Positions 20,361-31,330 of a DNA stretch of 32,000 nucleotides are shown in pieces (positions within the stretch are counted from its first letter, which is position 1; every line of letters starts with the position of its first letter). Origin of the DNA: Wallemia ichthyophaga EXF-994 (taxonomy: Eukaryota; Fungi; Basidiomycota); the NCBI RefSeq assembly GCF_000400465.1, contig NW_008806276.1:420001-452000 (forward strand), read 5' to 3'. Under the pieces are notes generated by a model. The model ran no database searches. It was not told the DNA's origin and worked only from the letters and a program-made list of their open reading frames with translations. Position numbers and translations under genes: made by a program.

Positions 20361-23300
20361 ATGGTAGCAACACGTAGAGCAGGTCGTATATCTGCATCTG
20401 CTCAGGACTCTTCCACAACTCAACAAGGTGACACGGAGCAGCCTGAACACCAAGAGCATCTTGAATCTTCCACTCCATCTCAATTAGAACATCAGCGCGT
20501 CATCGACCAACTTGAGCACTACAAAGTTCTCTTAGAGACTGAGAAATCTGCCTCGTTGCGGCACAATATTGACACTGAGCAGTCACTTAGCGAACAAGAG
20601 AGTAAGATTAATGAGTTAGAAACTCAATTAAAGCAGAGTATCGACAGTCACAATGATATTATGAAGGAACGCGATCTGTCTCGTGAGTTGTAGTCATTAT
20701 GACTCTTGTGGCTTTTACAGCTCACAAAGCTGACGTGCTTTACAGGCGAGCAAGTTATTAAACTTAAAATCCAACAATCATCTCAAAACACCGCTGACTC
20801 ACCGGAAACTCTCCAAAAGATTAAAGAGTTGGAAGAGTTGAACGCTAAAAGCGCAGAAGAGAAGAGCGATCTTATCAAGTTTGTTGAGAGACTCTCTTCC
20901 GATATTGAAAGACTGGGTGAAGAAGTTGACAGTCTACGTACACGTCTCACTGAATCTCGTGAGGAGAATTCAAAGTTGAACAAGGATCTTCAAGATGTTA
21001 AGTCGTTTGAGACTACAAACAAGGTGTGTAGAGCGCGTCATCAACCACATTATCTCACAAGATACAGTACAAGATTCAATCACTTGAACAGGAGAATCAA
21101 CTTCTCAAGAGTAATGAGAATTGGCTCAACTCTGAACTTAACAAAAAGGCGGAGGAGTTTAGTATATACCGTCGTGAAAAGCATACAGAGTTGACTGAAT
21201 CCCAATCTCAGCTCGATGTTTTGCAATCCCAGCTCAACTCACAAACCACACAATTATCAGCCCTTCAATCCACTTACGACAATCAAGCCAAGAAGCTTTC
21301 CGATGTTCTTGCTAAGTCGGCCCAACTCGAGACCTCTTTGGCTACCACACACGAGGAATACAAAGCTGAAATCAACACCCAAAAGCGAGTTGTAGAGTTA
21401 CTCGAGTCACGTGAAAGTGAATCTAGAAAACGAGTCGAGGAGGTAAACAAAGAGTTCGATGTCCTTGTAGCCAAGTCTGAGTCTGAGACTTTGTCACATA
21501 ACGAGGAGCTGGCCAGGGAGCGTCATAGGAATTTAGAGTTAGATACTGAGTTGAATGAGTTACGAGCTCATGGATTTAACACAGCTCTTAACACGGGCAA
21601 CGGTACACCAATCCCGTCAACACCACAAACTGGACAATTTGACACTTCATTCGCACTCTCACCAACAGCTTCGATTGCCTCAAAATTCAACAAAGGTAGT
21701 AAATCATTTACTGAAATTTACTCCGACTATGCCAAACTCGAGAATGAGTTTAACCGCGAAAGAGCTGAGAGACGAAGACTGGAGAGTTGTTTAGCGGATG
21801 TAGTCAGTGAGATTGAAGAGCGTGCTCCAATCCTTCAAGAACAACGTAAAGAGTATGAAAGAAGAAACAATGAAGCAAATGGTCTTGCCACCCAACTTGC
21901 AGAATCTATGGAAGAGAGAGATGCACTTAAGGCTACAGAAATGGAAGCTAGATTGGTGGCTGAAAACGCACAACGCGAATCAGAATTACAATCACAATCT
22001 CTTGTCGATTTATCCAGACAAGTGTCCTACCTCACAAGACAAATTGCAGCTATTGAAGATCCATCACTGCCCACAGACGCCGAACAGGTCGCTCCTGCCT
22101 CCGAGCATCAGTTGGCTGTCGACCAGGCTATTTCAGACAGACTCGTTCTGTTCGCTTCGACTGAAGAGCTCGTAAAGCAGAACCAAAACCTCTTGAGAGT
22201 GTCGAGAGAACTCGGACATAAACTCGAGCAAGCCGATTCAGCACATGAAGCTAAAGTTAAGGAGAATGAAAATGAGTCACTGCAAGAGGCTTATGAATTA
22301 ATTCAGCAGCTCAAGGATGAAATGGAATCTAGTCGTGAGAAAGCCGGTAGCTATGTCCGAGAGAGAGACATGTTCAGAAGATTACTAGCTCAGTCGGGTA
22401 AGAACGTTACAAATATTGGTCAAGAGGATGTTGGCAGTGAGAATCTCAGTCAATCACAACAAAAAACTCCAGATTATGCCGCTCTCATGGCAGATCTCCA
22501 AGCCAACTTTGATGCATACAGGACTGAGATGGGTTTAGATACCAAGTCACTGAGAGACGCACTTGCTGCTGCACAACGTGAGACTAGTAGTTTGAAAGTT
22601 CAGTTAGCACAATCCAACGCTCAGAATAATTTCCTCAACGAGCGCCACGAGATGACAATTGAGAATCATAACATGTCCAAGATGGAGATCTCTCATCTTA
22701 GCGCCAACAACCAGAAACTACAGTCTAGTTTAATTCACGAGCAAATTAATATAAATAGAGTACAGGAGGAGCTGATTGGATTGAAGGGTACGCTCGATAG
22801 AACAGCAAACGAAAATAGTCAATTAAGGACTGAAAAGGAAGTGCATAAGGGTATAGAAAGTAGATTACTGGCTGATAATGAGTCACTGTCACGCGACAGA
22901 GTGCACCTGAATGACTTGATGAGGAACCTTCAATCAATGCAGTCAGAGTTGGAGAGGTCCTCGAGAGATAGCAGGAGCAGATACGACACGCAGATCGCCA
23001 ATCTCGAAGAAAACATCAAAACGCTTAAAGAGGATCTCACACATGAGTCTGATCAACACAAGCAACTGTCGCTCAGAAGAGAGATTGAGTCTAAGGAGTA
23101 TCAAAATAGGATTGATAAACTCACGAATGAGCTGCACACGTCCAAAGAGAATGTCGTGGAGTATCGAACCACCCGCGACCACCTCCATGTGCGCGTTGAA
23201 GATCTCACTCAACAGCTCAAGAATAAGGAGGAGCGTCTGGCGGTTTTTGAGAATAGGAATGGTGACTCTACAGATCTATCAACTGAACAACAATTGCAAA

Positions 23301-26259
23301 TTGAGATTGCTGAGTTGAGGTGGGTTGATTTATTCGCTATCTTCGTTTCTCGTTTCGCTCACAGAATTTAAAACAGATCCGAACTCGAAACTACAAAAGC
23401 TGAGGTCGGTAAATCAAATACACACATTGAGCAATTCAAGCAGATTGCGCAGGCGAATGAGAATGCTCTCCAGGAAATGAATGAGTCATACGACAGCTAC
23501 AAGATATCTCAAGATAAATTATTGTCAGAAAAAGAGGCTATGATTCGTCAATTGGAAAACAGAATGGAGGGATTAACAGCGCAAATTGAGCAAGTGCAGG
23601 GCGAAAATGATGAGTTGCACCAGAAGCTCACTAGTGAAAGATCTGAATACGCACACGAGAAGAAGACATTGGAGGATCTGCTCGCGGATCTCAACAACGC
23701 ACAGGGAGAACAAGAGTCTAGATTCTCCAAGCTGCGCGATGATCGCGACAAACAGACAACCACAGCAAATGAGAACCACGAGAAATACCAACGCGAGGTT
23801 TTATTACACGCACAAACGGTCAATCAGTTGCAGGACACCAAGAAGCAGATCACCAATCATCTCACACAAGCCAAGGAAGCTAAAGAGGGTAGACAAACGG
23901 CTGAGGAAGCATTGAAGCAAGGCGAAGCTAGCTGGGAGTCACAGAAATCGTTGCTAAGTGTGGAGCAAAGCGAGTTGCGCAAGCGCTACGATGAGATAGT
24001 CGGGCAGAACGAAGTCTTGCACAAGCACTTAGAAAGTGTGAACAAGAAGGTATCGGAGGCGTCGAGTGCAACAGCCACAACAGGTGACGCGCAAGTGAAT
24101 GTGAATGTATCCGAGGGTGAGTCATCCGGAGACTTACAATCGGTGATCAATTACCTCCGCAATGAGCGCGAATACATCGATTTACAACTCTCACTCGCCA
24201 AGCAGGAGAACACTCGATTTAAGACTCAGCTTGAGCGTCTTAATGAGAGCTTGGATGAGACGAGAGCATTGCTGACTGAGGAACGCAACAAGAATGCCCG
24301 CGGTGATGTTTCAGCTGTCCAGCACCAGGAATTGCTCAGCAAGATCGATCAACTTAATTTACTCAGAGAAAGCAACTCCACACTTCGATTTGAGAGTCAT
24401 AGAAATAGGAATAAGGTGCTCGAATTAGAAACTGCTTTGCAAGCATCCCAGAATGTGATTCAGCCGATCGAAGAAACAATTCGTAATCTACAAGCTGAGC
24501 TTTCTGTGTCGAAGAAAGAGGTTGAGCATTGGAAAGAAGATGCGGAGAGATGGCAGAAGCGTAACCAGCAGATTCTGTCCAAGTATGAGCGCATCGATCC
24601 TGCCGAGTTGCAAAAATACAAAGATGATGCGGAGAAGTTGACAACCAGTCTCGACCAAGTTAAAAAGGAGTTGGAAGAAAGCAATACTAAGGTGGGTATT
24701 TTGACTTTGAGCAATTTTAAACTGACAGATTACAGGTTCACAAGTTGGAGGAAGACCTTGCCAAGGCCAAAGAACAACACTCAGATGTCGTACGGAGGTC
24801 GAATGAAAACACTAAAAAGCAAAAAGCTACGACGGACCGTCTCAAAGGCCAAATTAACGACTTAAACAATCAGATGAATGGTGCCAATGAGAAGAATGCC
24901 CAATTCGACAAAATTACTGAGGAGCTCAACAAACTCAAGACTGAATATGGAACTATCGAAGTTTCTAAAAAAGAGCTTGAGAAGAAGTTGGAGGAGACCG
25001 ACAAGAGTACTGCAGATTCTGCAATGCATGTTGATGACGGTGTCGAGAAGGCAAATCTCGAAAAGGAGCTGACTGAAGTTCGTACCAAGGCCACTGAGGG
25101 CGAAAAGTTGGTTGAGGCATTAAAACTGCAAATTGCCACTAAAGAAGAGGAGATTGCAAAGGTTAGAAGCGAGTCGAGCGAGGTAGCTGCAAGTACTTCT
25201 GCTGCTGCGGTGCCAGCAGAGAATGTTGAAAGTGCTGTCGAGACAACTGTTGTTCAATCTACAGACGCCCATGCAGCAAGCGGTGAAGTCCAGCAACTGA
25301 AGCAAAAGTTGGGCGCTGTTGAGAGTGAGCTTGCCGATCACAAGGCCAAGGTATTGTCTTTGCAAGTGACTATCAAAGAAAAAGAAGGGCAAATTAAGAA
25401 GCAGGTAGAACAAATTAAAAGACTTGAAATGAATAGCAAAGTCAAAGATAGATCTTTGGCTGGAATGAGGGAGCAAGTGGAAAAAGAAAGGCAGAAAAAT
25501 ACTGGTCAGCCTGTCCAAAAAGAAGCACCAAAAGCACCAAAGCAGCCACAAAAAAAGAATCAGAATGAAAAACAGCCTGAGCAGACTGAACATCAGTCGG
25601 AGAAGCAGAATGAGAAAGTGGCGGTCTACGACAGTAAAGGTGTTGATGCTAATGGTAGCGCGGATGCACAACGAGTTACCCAAACACCGCAGCCAGCACA
25701 GCCAGCTCCAGCCTCTCAACCTGCTCAAGCAAATCCAGCAACTCCAGCAGCTCAAACTAGTCAGCCAGTACAAGCTACGCCGACGCCTGCTCCTGCAGTG
25801 ACACCTGAGCATCAGCAAGCACCAGCTGAGAACATAGGTGAGATTTTTTTATATAAAAAGATTATTCTAACGGCACCTTAGAGTATCAAGACAATCAAGA
25901 CAAAGGCAAGCAGGAGCCAAGCAATGAAAATCAAGACACGGCACAGACTACAAAATCTGCACCTTCTGGACCTAGTCAGATCAGCATAGCAGGAGCAGCT
26001 GGTAAGAAGGCTCCAATCAAAAAGCTAGAGAGGCATACCCCTGGCGATGGGTCGAGTGAGTACGACTAGATATCACCAGCTAACCTAACAAACCGCCTCA
26101 GGGAAAGCAAAAGTAGGACTGTCAGGCCTGGCCGGGAAAATCTTGCCTACGCAGGGTGGCAGCGGTGCGACACCCCAAAAAAGACAGAGAGATGAAGAGA
26201 CTGCGGAGAAGTCTATAAAAGGCAGCGCCAAAAAAAGTAAAGAGAACGACAAAGAGTAG
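20361..26259 (+). CDS. MLP1: Nuclear basket coiled-coil nucleoporin Mlp1/TPR, 6 introns
   Basis: Long coiled coil with TPR/Mlp signatures (LSPTASIAS..FTEIYSDY, EIEERAPILQEQRKEYER, LVLFASTEELVKQNQNLL, ERDMFRRLL, VINYLRNERE, LNLLRESNSTLR, RNQQILSKYERIDP). Canonical introns link the ORF pieces to the stop at 26257-26259. Confidence 0.92.
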
Positions 26260-26728
26260 GAAAGTGTGATAAGAGAATCGTGTATTTATGTAAATGAATT
26301 ATGAATTATTTCTTTCTAATACAAGATGTCCCTAGCTTTGTTAAGTTTTACTCAGAGTGAATGGGGCTCTGCAACTAAAAAGAGCTAATGAAAGATATGC
26401 ATATATTTTGTGACGTGGTAAGATACATGCCAGAATGGTAGATAAAATGATGAATGTAAAATGCCCTGTAGAATGACATGAAATAAGTCGGGCGCGTTTA
26501 TAAGCTGGATAAGAGTTAATAAAAGATATGAAAGTGGTATAGATAGCGTGATTTGTTTCGTGTTTGATCTGAAGTCTTTTGAAAACAGTGAACCAATTAT
26601 CTAACCGTAAATGGGTGTATAGAAGTGTGTCAAATGAATATAAAACCCGATTTTTGAATAATGTGGAAGAGAATAAATAAAAATTGAAGTCCATTCCATG
26701 TTATGCTCTTGTCTTTGCCAGTTGCACT

Positions 26729-26788
26729 TGCCTATGCTCATGCTCATGCTCATGCTTATGCTTATGCCTATGTCTATGCCTATGCTTT
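26729..26788 (+). repeat. Degenerate hexanucleotide microsatellite (TGCYYA-like) x10 in the MLP1-DUF1765 gap
   Basis: TGCCTA TGCTCA x3 TGCTTA x2 TGCCTA TGTCTA TGCCTA TGCTTT is directly visible. Confidence 0.9.
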
Positions 26789-26924
26789 TCCAAAGTCATT
26801 TCCCTTGTCGTTTCACGTAATCATTTAAATCATGTAATAATCTATTCACGTTATCATATCGTTAATTTTGTACTGCTTTGAAGTCCAAATGCCGTCAAAA
26901 TAGTGCACCTACATTGACAGCGCG

Positions 26925-29900
26925 TCAATCAAACGTAAAAGCAGCGGGCCATTGCACGGTTAATCTCGGTACCAACTTGGACTGCCAGTCCTGGTACTGA
27001 TATTCGACGTTGAGGATGTTGATATACTCGTTAAGGGCCTTTGAAGCGTATGTGTGGAGAGATGGATCGTAGGCGAGACTATCTGTGGGAGAAAGCGCCG
27101 TTTGCGTGTTGAATGTGTTGCCTGTGTTGATTAGCAGCTTGGCTGCTGGTTCAGGGAGGAAAGCAGTGTGTATTGCTGCGGCAGTTCTTGTAGTCTCCTC
27201 TTCTGCACTTGATCCACAGTTCGTTTCTACCCTGTTAGCCGAGTGCTCACTATCAACCTTCTCGCCCTTCTCATACTTTTCAACTTCCTCACACTTTTCA
27301 CCACTCTGCGGCGACGAGCTGGGTGATGAGGATGACGACGTAGGTGACTGCAATTCAAAGCTGAAGGTTTTTTTGGGTGTGCGAGGGGGAGTAGTAGGTT
27401 GGTTAAGTTGTTCATGTAACTGAGGTGAATGTACTGATGTCGATGCACCATCAAACTCTAATCCTAGTCCTGTCGCTGCTGAAGGGGTACGTATAGTTGT
27501 TGGTGGGGTATTACCTCCTTTTCCACCACCGTTACCAATCTCACTTTCACTCCCATTCTCGCGCGTGTCACTCGACGACTCAATTATAGAGTTACGCTTA
27601 TTCTCCTGCTTGAACTCATTCTCCGAATCGTGCTCGCGTTCGTGCTCAGCCTCACTCACCCCATCCGGCTCAAGCTGCTCATGTCGTCGATGAATTTTGT
27701 TGAGGAGGGTGTTAAGAGTGAGGAGGATGGAGAGTGTGAGCGAGTGAGATTGTGAGAGTGTGTTAGAATGTGAGCAGTCCTTATCTTTATCCTCATCATT
27801 GTCCTTATTATTGTTCTTGTTACTGCTACGATCCACCTCATTTCTGCCGTTGTGATTGAGTGCGGTATCATCAAACCTCTTCACATTTTCATCCTCCCTT
27901 ACACTCCCACCTCCAAACGCGTCGTCGCGCTCTGTCGCACCCTGAACGTGTCCAATTCTGAACACAAGCAGACGGAGCCAGTACGACCTTACACTCTGCG
28001 ACCAGAAGAGTGTGAGGCGTGTGAAAAGCGCCTGGTCGAGGAGGATATCGATGCACAGTGCGCGCCTTGTCTCGAGTGTGCAGCACAGCGAGTCGAAGTG
28101 GGTGAATATGAATGATCTGCCATGTGTCAGCGAGTTTTGTTACGAGTAACGAGGTGAGAAAGGGAGTGTGATGCACTAATGCACAAATGCAATAGCACAC
28201 TCCGTACTCCTCTTTACACTCACATGGTTCGTATCAGCGTCAGGACGTGATCGCACTGCTTAAGGATGATAGCGAGGAAATGGAGGATGAAAGGTAAATC
28301 GAGTTTGTCAACACTGCGCTGCTCGTAAACTCCCGCAATAATCCCATCAAGTGCATCCAATAGACAGAACACCTGGGGTGCGCTATAAAGGTTAGTAGAG
28401 TGTACAGCGACCATAAGGTGATAATCTACAACATTCACATAACCAGCCTGGATCAAATCTTGCATCGTACTAACTACTCTCCGATTAGCCTGGTCTAGCA
28501 GCTTCGGTTTGCCACTGGTAGGTGCGAGGACATTGGCAGTTTCCGCCACTTCATTAGACCCTCCTTTTAGACTATTGGTGGTGCCTGTGGTGACGCTGTA
28601 TATGTCGCCTTTGAGAAGAGAGAGCATTTTTGAATGAAGAACATAGCTTAGGTGGGCGTAACCAGGTAGGGAGAAGAGGGTGGGTGTGGATGTGGTGCAG
28701 TTACCAACACTCTCACAACCCTCACCATCTTTATCATGCCCACCCGACATAGGATGCATTAGTCGATGGTAGGCTCTCACGAAGCTGAAGAAAAGCTCCG
28801 AGTCGTCAGAAGTCCATCTACGTAGCCAGTTGTCGGGTTCGAGCGTAATGTATGAGGAAGAGGAAGTGCTGGGAGAGTAGCTGTGCAAGGCGTTGATGTA
28901 CGCCTTGGTCTCCTCGTGGCAGGCTATTTCGATAGCGCTCGTTTTGTGTGAAGTGGGAATGGGGGTAAGAGTGAGTGGTTTGAGATGGTCTGGGAAATTA
29001 GAGGCGAGACTGGCACCACACCACCCAGAATCCTTGACTAGCTTTGCTAGTATCCTGCTTGATACGTCTAGTGGCTGCAACAGCTGATATGCCACCCCAG
29101 GCACTCTGAAAAAGGCTATGGCAAAATATCTGCCGCAGTAGAAGATGGTGTTCTGGAATACACCGCGACTGTTAAGTTTTGAGAGAGAGTAGCGTATGAC
29201 GTCGGAGAGTACATTGCAGACGGTATGCTCATCGTGTGGGATATGAGCAGCGATGGAGAGAGGAGAGAGGAATTTGCTGTTTGGGGGGTTAGAGGGGGTG
29301 GGGATGGAGTATACAACAAACCTCTCTAAAATAACTGCCAATGAATCAAGGCATGCGCTGCGTTCAGGAGCGACTTGGTGAGTGTTGAGGTCGTCAATAA
29401 GAGCGTAGACCCAGTCGAAGAGGAGTTGACGTCTGTACTTAGTGTGGAGATTGTATTGGTTGCAAGTAGAGTAGACGCTGTCGATATTCTTAAAAGCGTT
29501 GAAGGTTTCGCGTATAAAGATGGCTTTGTTTGGGGAAAGGGAGGACTTGTTGGAGGTGAAGGAGGCGTAGTTGTGAGATAAGGAAGACCAGATTCTGGAG
29601 AGGTGTGGGGGTTCCTGGGGAGGATCTTGGGCGTGTTGGGTGTTTCGCATATTTTGGGTGTCTTGGATGTCTTGGATGTCTTGTGTGTCTTGTGTGCCCA
29701 GTGTGTCTTGACTATTGAGATTGTCTTGGTGTTTCTTTGAGAGCAAAATAGAATCACTGCTTACAGGAATTGGAGAGTAAGAGCGTCTAGAGTTGGCGAT
29801 GTTGTTTATAAGCTTGAATACGGGACTCGGAGGGTTTTCATGGGTGAAAGAGTGGTTCGGGGGGCTGTTGGAGAGACTACTCGATGGACTTGGTGGGGGA

Positions 29901-30235
29901 GGATCCGGGGTTGGATAGAAATAGATATTGCGCTGGGAGTCTGTGTACGACAGAGCTTTATCGATTTCGAATACCAAGTTATCACCAAAGTCCAAGTCGA
30001 TGGGGTGGAGAGTCGGGTGTGTGGGAGAGTGTTTGGGTGAATGTGGCTGTGAATATGCTTCTGCCTCTGCTTTTGCCTCCGCCTCCGCCTGATTACCTCT
30101 ACTTGCACGCCGGCTACGTCTAAATCGCCTTAAACGACGTCTAAAAGAGAGGAAAAAGCGGGAGAAGGAAGAATTTTTATTGTTTGGGCTGTCAGAGGTA
30201 GAAGAAGGACGACATAGGATGGATATAAAATGCAT
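26925..30235 (-). CDS. DUF1765 (UPF0592, yeast YDL073W/Ahk1-like) family protein, probably 2 introns
   Basis: Conserved blocks YCGRYFAIAFFRVPGVA, WLRRWTSDDSELFFSF, TNLYSAPQVFCLLD and, after intron 28117-28223, SFIFTHF..RRALCIDILL..LFWSQSVRSYWLRLLVFRI. The termini are low-complexity and the ATG at 30235 is uncertain. Confidence 0.75.
29654..29698 (-). repeat. Coding 9-bp tandem repeat (TQD/IQD units) in the DUF1765 N-terminal region
   Basis: Five TTG(G/T)(A/G)TG(T/C)C units are visible on the + strand. Confidence 0.85.
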
Positions 30236-30301
30236 TAGAGCATTTGAGTTGGTGGAAGTACAACAAGAACCAACAATAAGGAAACAAGGAAACAAGGTCA
30301 A

Positions 30302-30872
30302 TTACTCATTTATGAGGGCTACAATCAATTTGTATAAGTAGAAAAAGAAAGAAATCAAGTAGAAAGCAAGCTTGATAAAGCTCTCCTTCTTGTGGGTGGA
30401 AAGAGTTCTAAATATCTCTGTTGCGTCGTACGAGTAGTTTGAGTGATATACTTTACGGGCGTTGTGTATAGCTAGAGGTGTATTGATTAGGAGTGTAATC
30501 CACTGCCCAGATACCAAGAATAACGCCGTCAAAAAGCCATGGAATCCAATCTCTGGTTTAATGAATTTATTCAATTTGTTGCATAAGTCTATTGGGTTTA
30601 TATAATCGCACTCTAAATCACTGAACATGATTATCTGGATTTTTATTAGTATGAACTACTAGTGATTTACTAGTATCTATGGTTAGGATTTACTAGTGTT
30701 GATTGCTAGTAATTTACTAATAACCATGACTAGTAATACCTTAATCAAACTCACAAAGAATACCATGGTAAACAACAACCCAGCCGCTGCTAGCACACTA
30801 AACAAATATAACCAGGCTAATAATTCATTAGCTTCACCCTTGAAATATTCAACGCGCACCTTCTCCACCCAT
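30302..30872 (-). CDS. ERV14: Cornichon family ER cargo receptor Erv14, 2 introns
   Basis: MGGE|AWLYLFSVLAAAGLLFTMVFF|IIMFSDLECDYINPIDLCNKLN..DATEIFRTL..KLAFYLISFFFYLY. Confidence 0.95.
30635..30754 (-). repeat. ERV14 intron 2 (120 nt) containing degenerate repeats of GATTTACTAGT / the palindrome ACTAGT
   Basis: ACTAGT at 30658, 30669, 30692 and 30729, GCTAGT at 30705, and GATTTACTAGT twice. Confidence 0.75.
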
Positions 30873-30907
30873 TTCTGACGTTGACCGTTTATTCAAAACC
30901 CTTGAAA

Positions 30908-31314
30908 ATGAATAGAACTCCTATAATTCAAATTATACTGCGAGTTGATTTATTGGATGTGAGTCGATGGCTCTTGTGGATACCCCTCTAACTCACCCCC
31001 TGCGCTCCTGGACTCACGGGATGCTCGCCGCTCAAGCCGCACACGCAGCAACTGCAATTATACAGAGTACAAATCAAGACATTCTCACTCAACAGTACAC
31101 GAACCCTGATAACATTCCTAACATGCGTAAAGTCGTTTTGAAGACATTGGACCAAGACTCCCTCATTTCCCTCCACTCGCACCTATCTCAGCACGTCAAG
31201 ACGTTTTTGTGGACAGAGCAGCCAGAGAATATACCCACTGCCATAGCAACTGCACCCAACAATTCAAGTCACGTAAAGAATGTATTGAGATTACACAACT
31301 GTGATTTCTATTGA
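30908..31314 (+). CDS. PTRHD1: Peptidyl-tRNA hydrolase PTRHD1 (PTH2 fold); intron 1 lacks a canonical AG acceptor
   Basis: Exon 1 reads MNRTPIIQIILRVDLLD up to a GTGAGT donor at 30959. The downstream frame reads SWTHGMLAAQAAHAATA..MRKVVL..LWTEQPENIPTAIATAP, which are clear PTRHD1 motifs. Confidence 0.85.
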
Positions 31315-31330
31315 TGTTGCCATCACCTTA

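Noticed and set aside
25120-25818. 232-aa antisense ORF inside MLP1, and similar ones at 9756-10307, 13335-13787, 7212-7625, 5620-6024 and 8372-8773
   Set aside because: These are shadow ORFs of real genes, with low-complexity mirror composition and no family motifs.
26447-26572. Box C/D snoRNA candidate (ATGATGA at 26447, CTGA at 26569)
   Set aside because: There is no convincing terminal stem or D' box, and the guide upstream of the D box only imperfectly resembles an 18S segment as I recall it. Such boxes arise easily in AT-rich DNA.
30236-30301. TTG-started extension of the DUF1765 ORF abutting the ERV14 stop
   Set aside because: It is simply the stop-free stretch after the ERV14 TAA. 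There is no evidence for a fusion or stop read-through.
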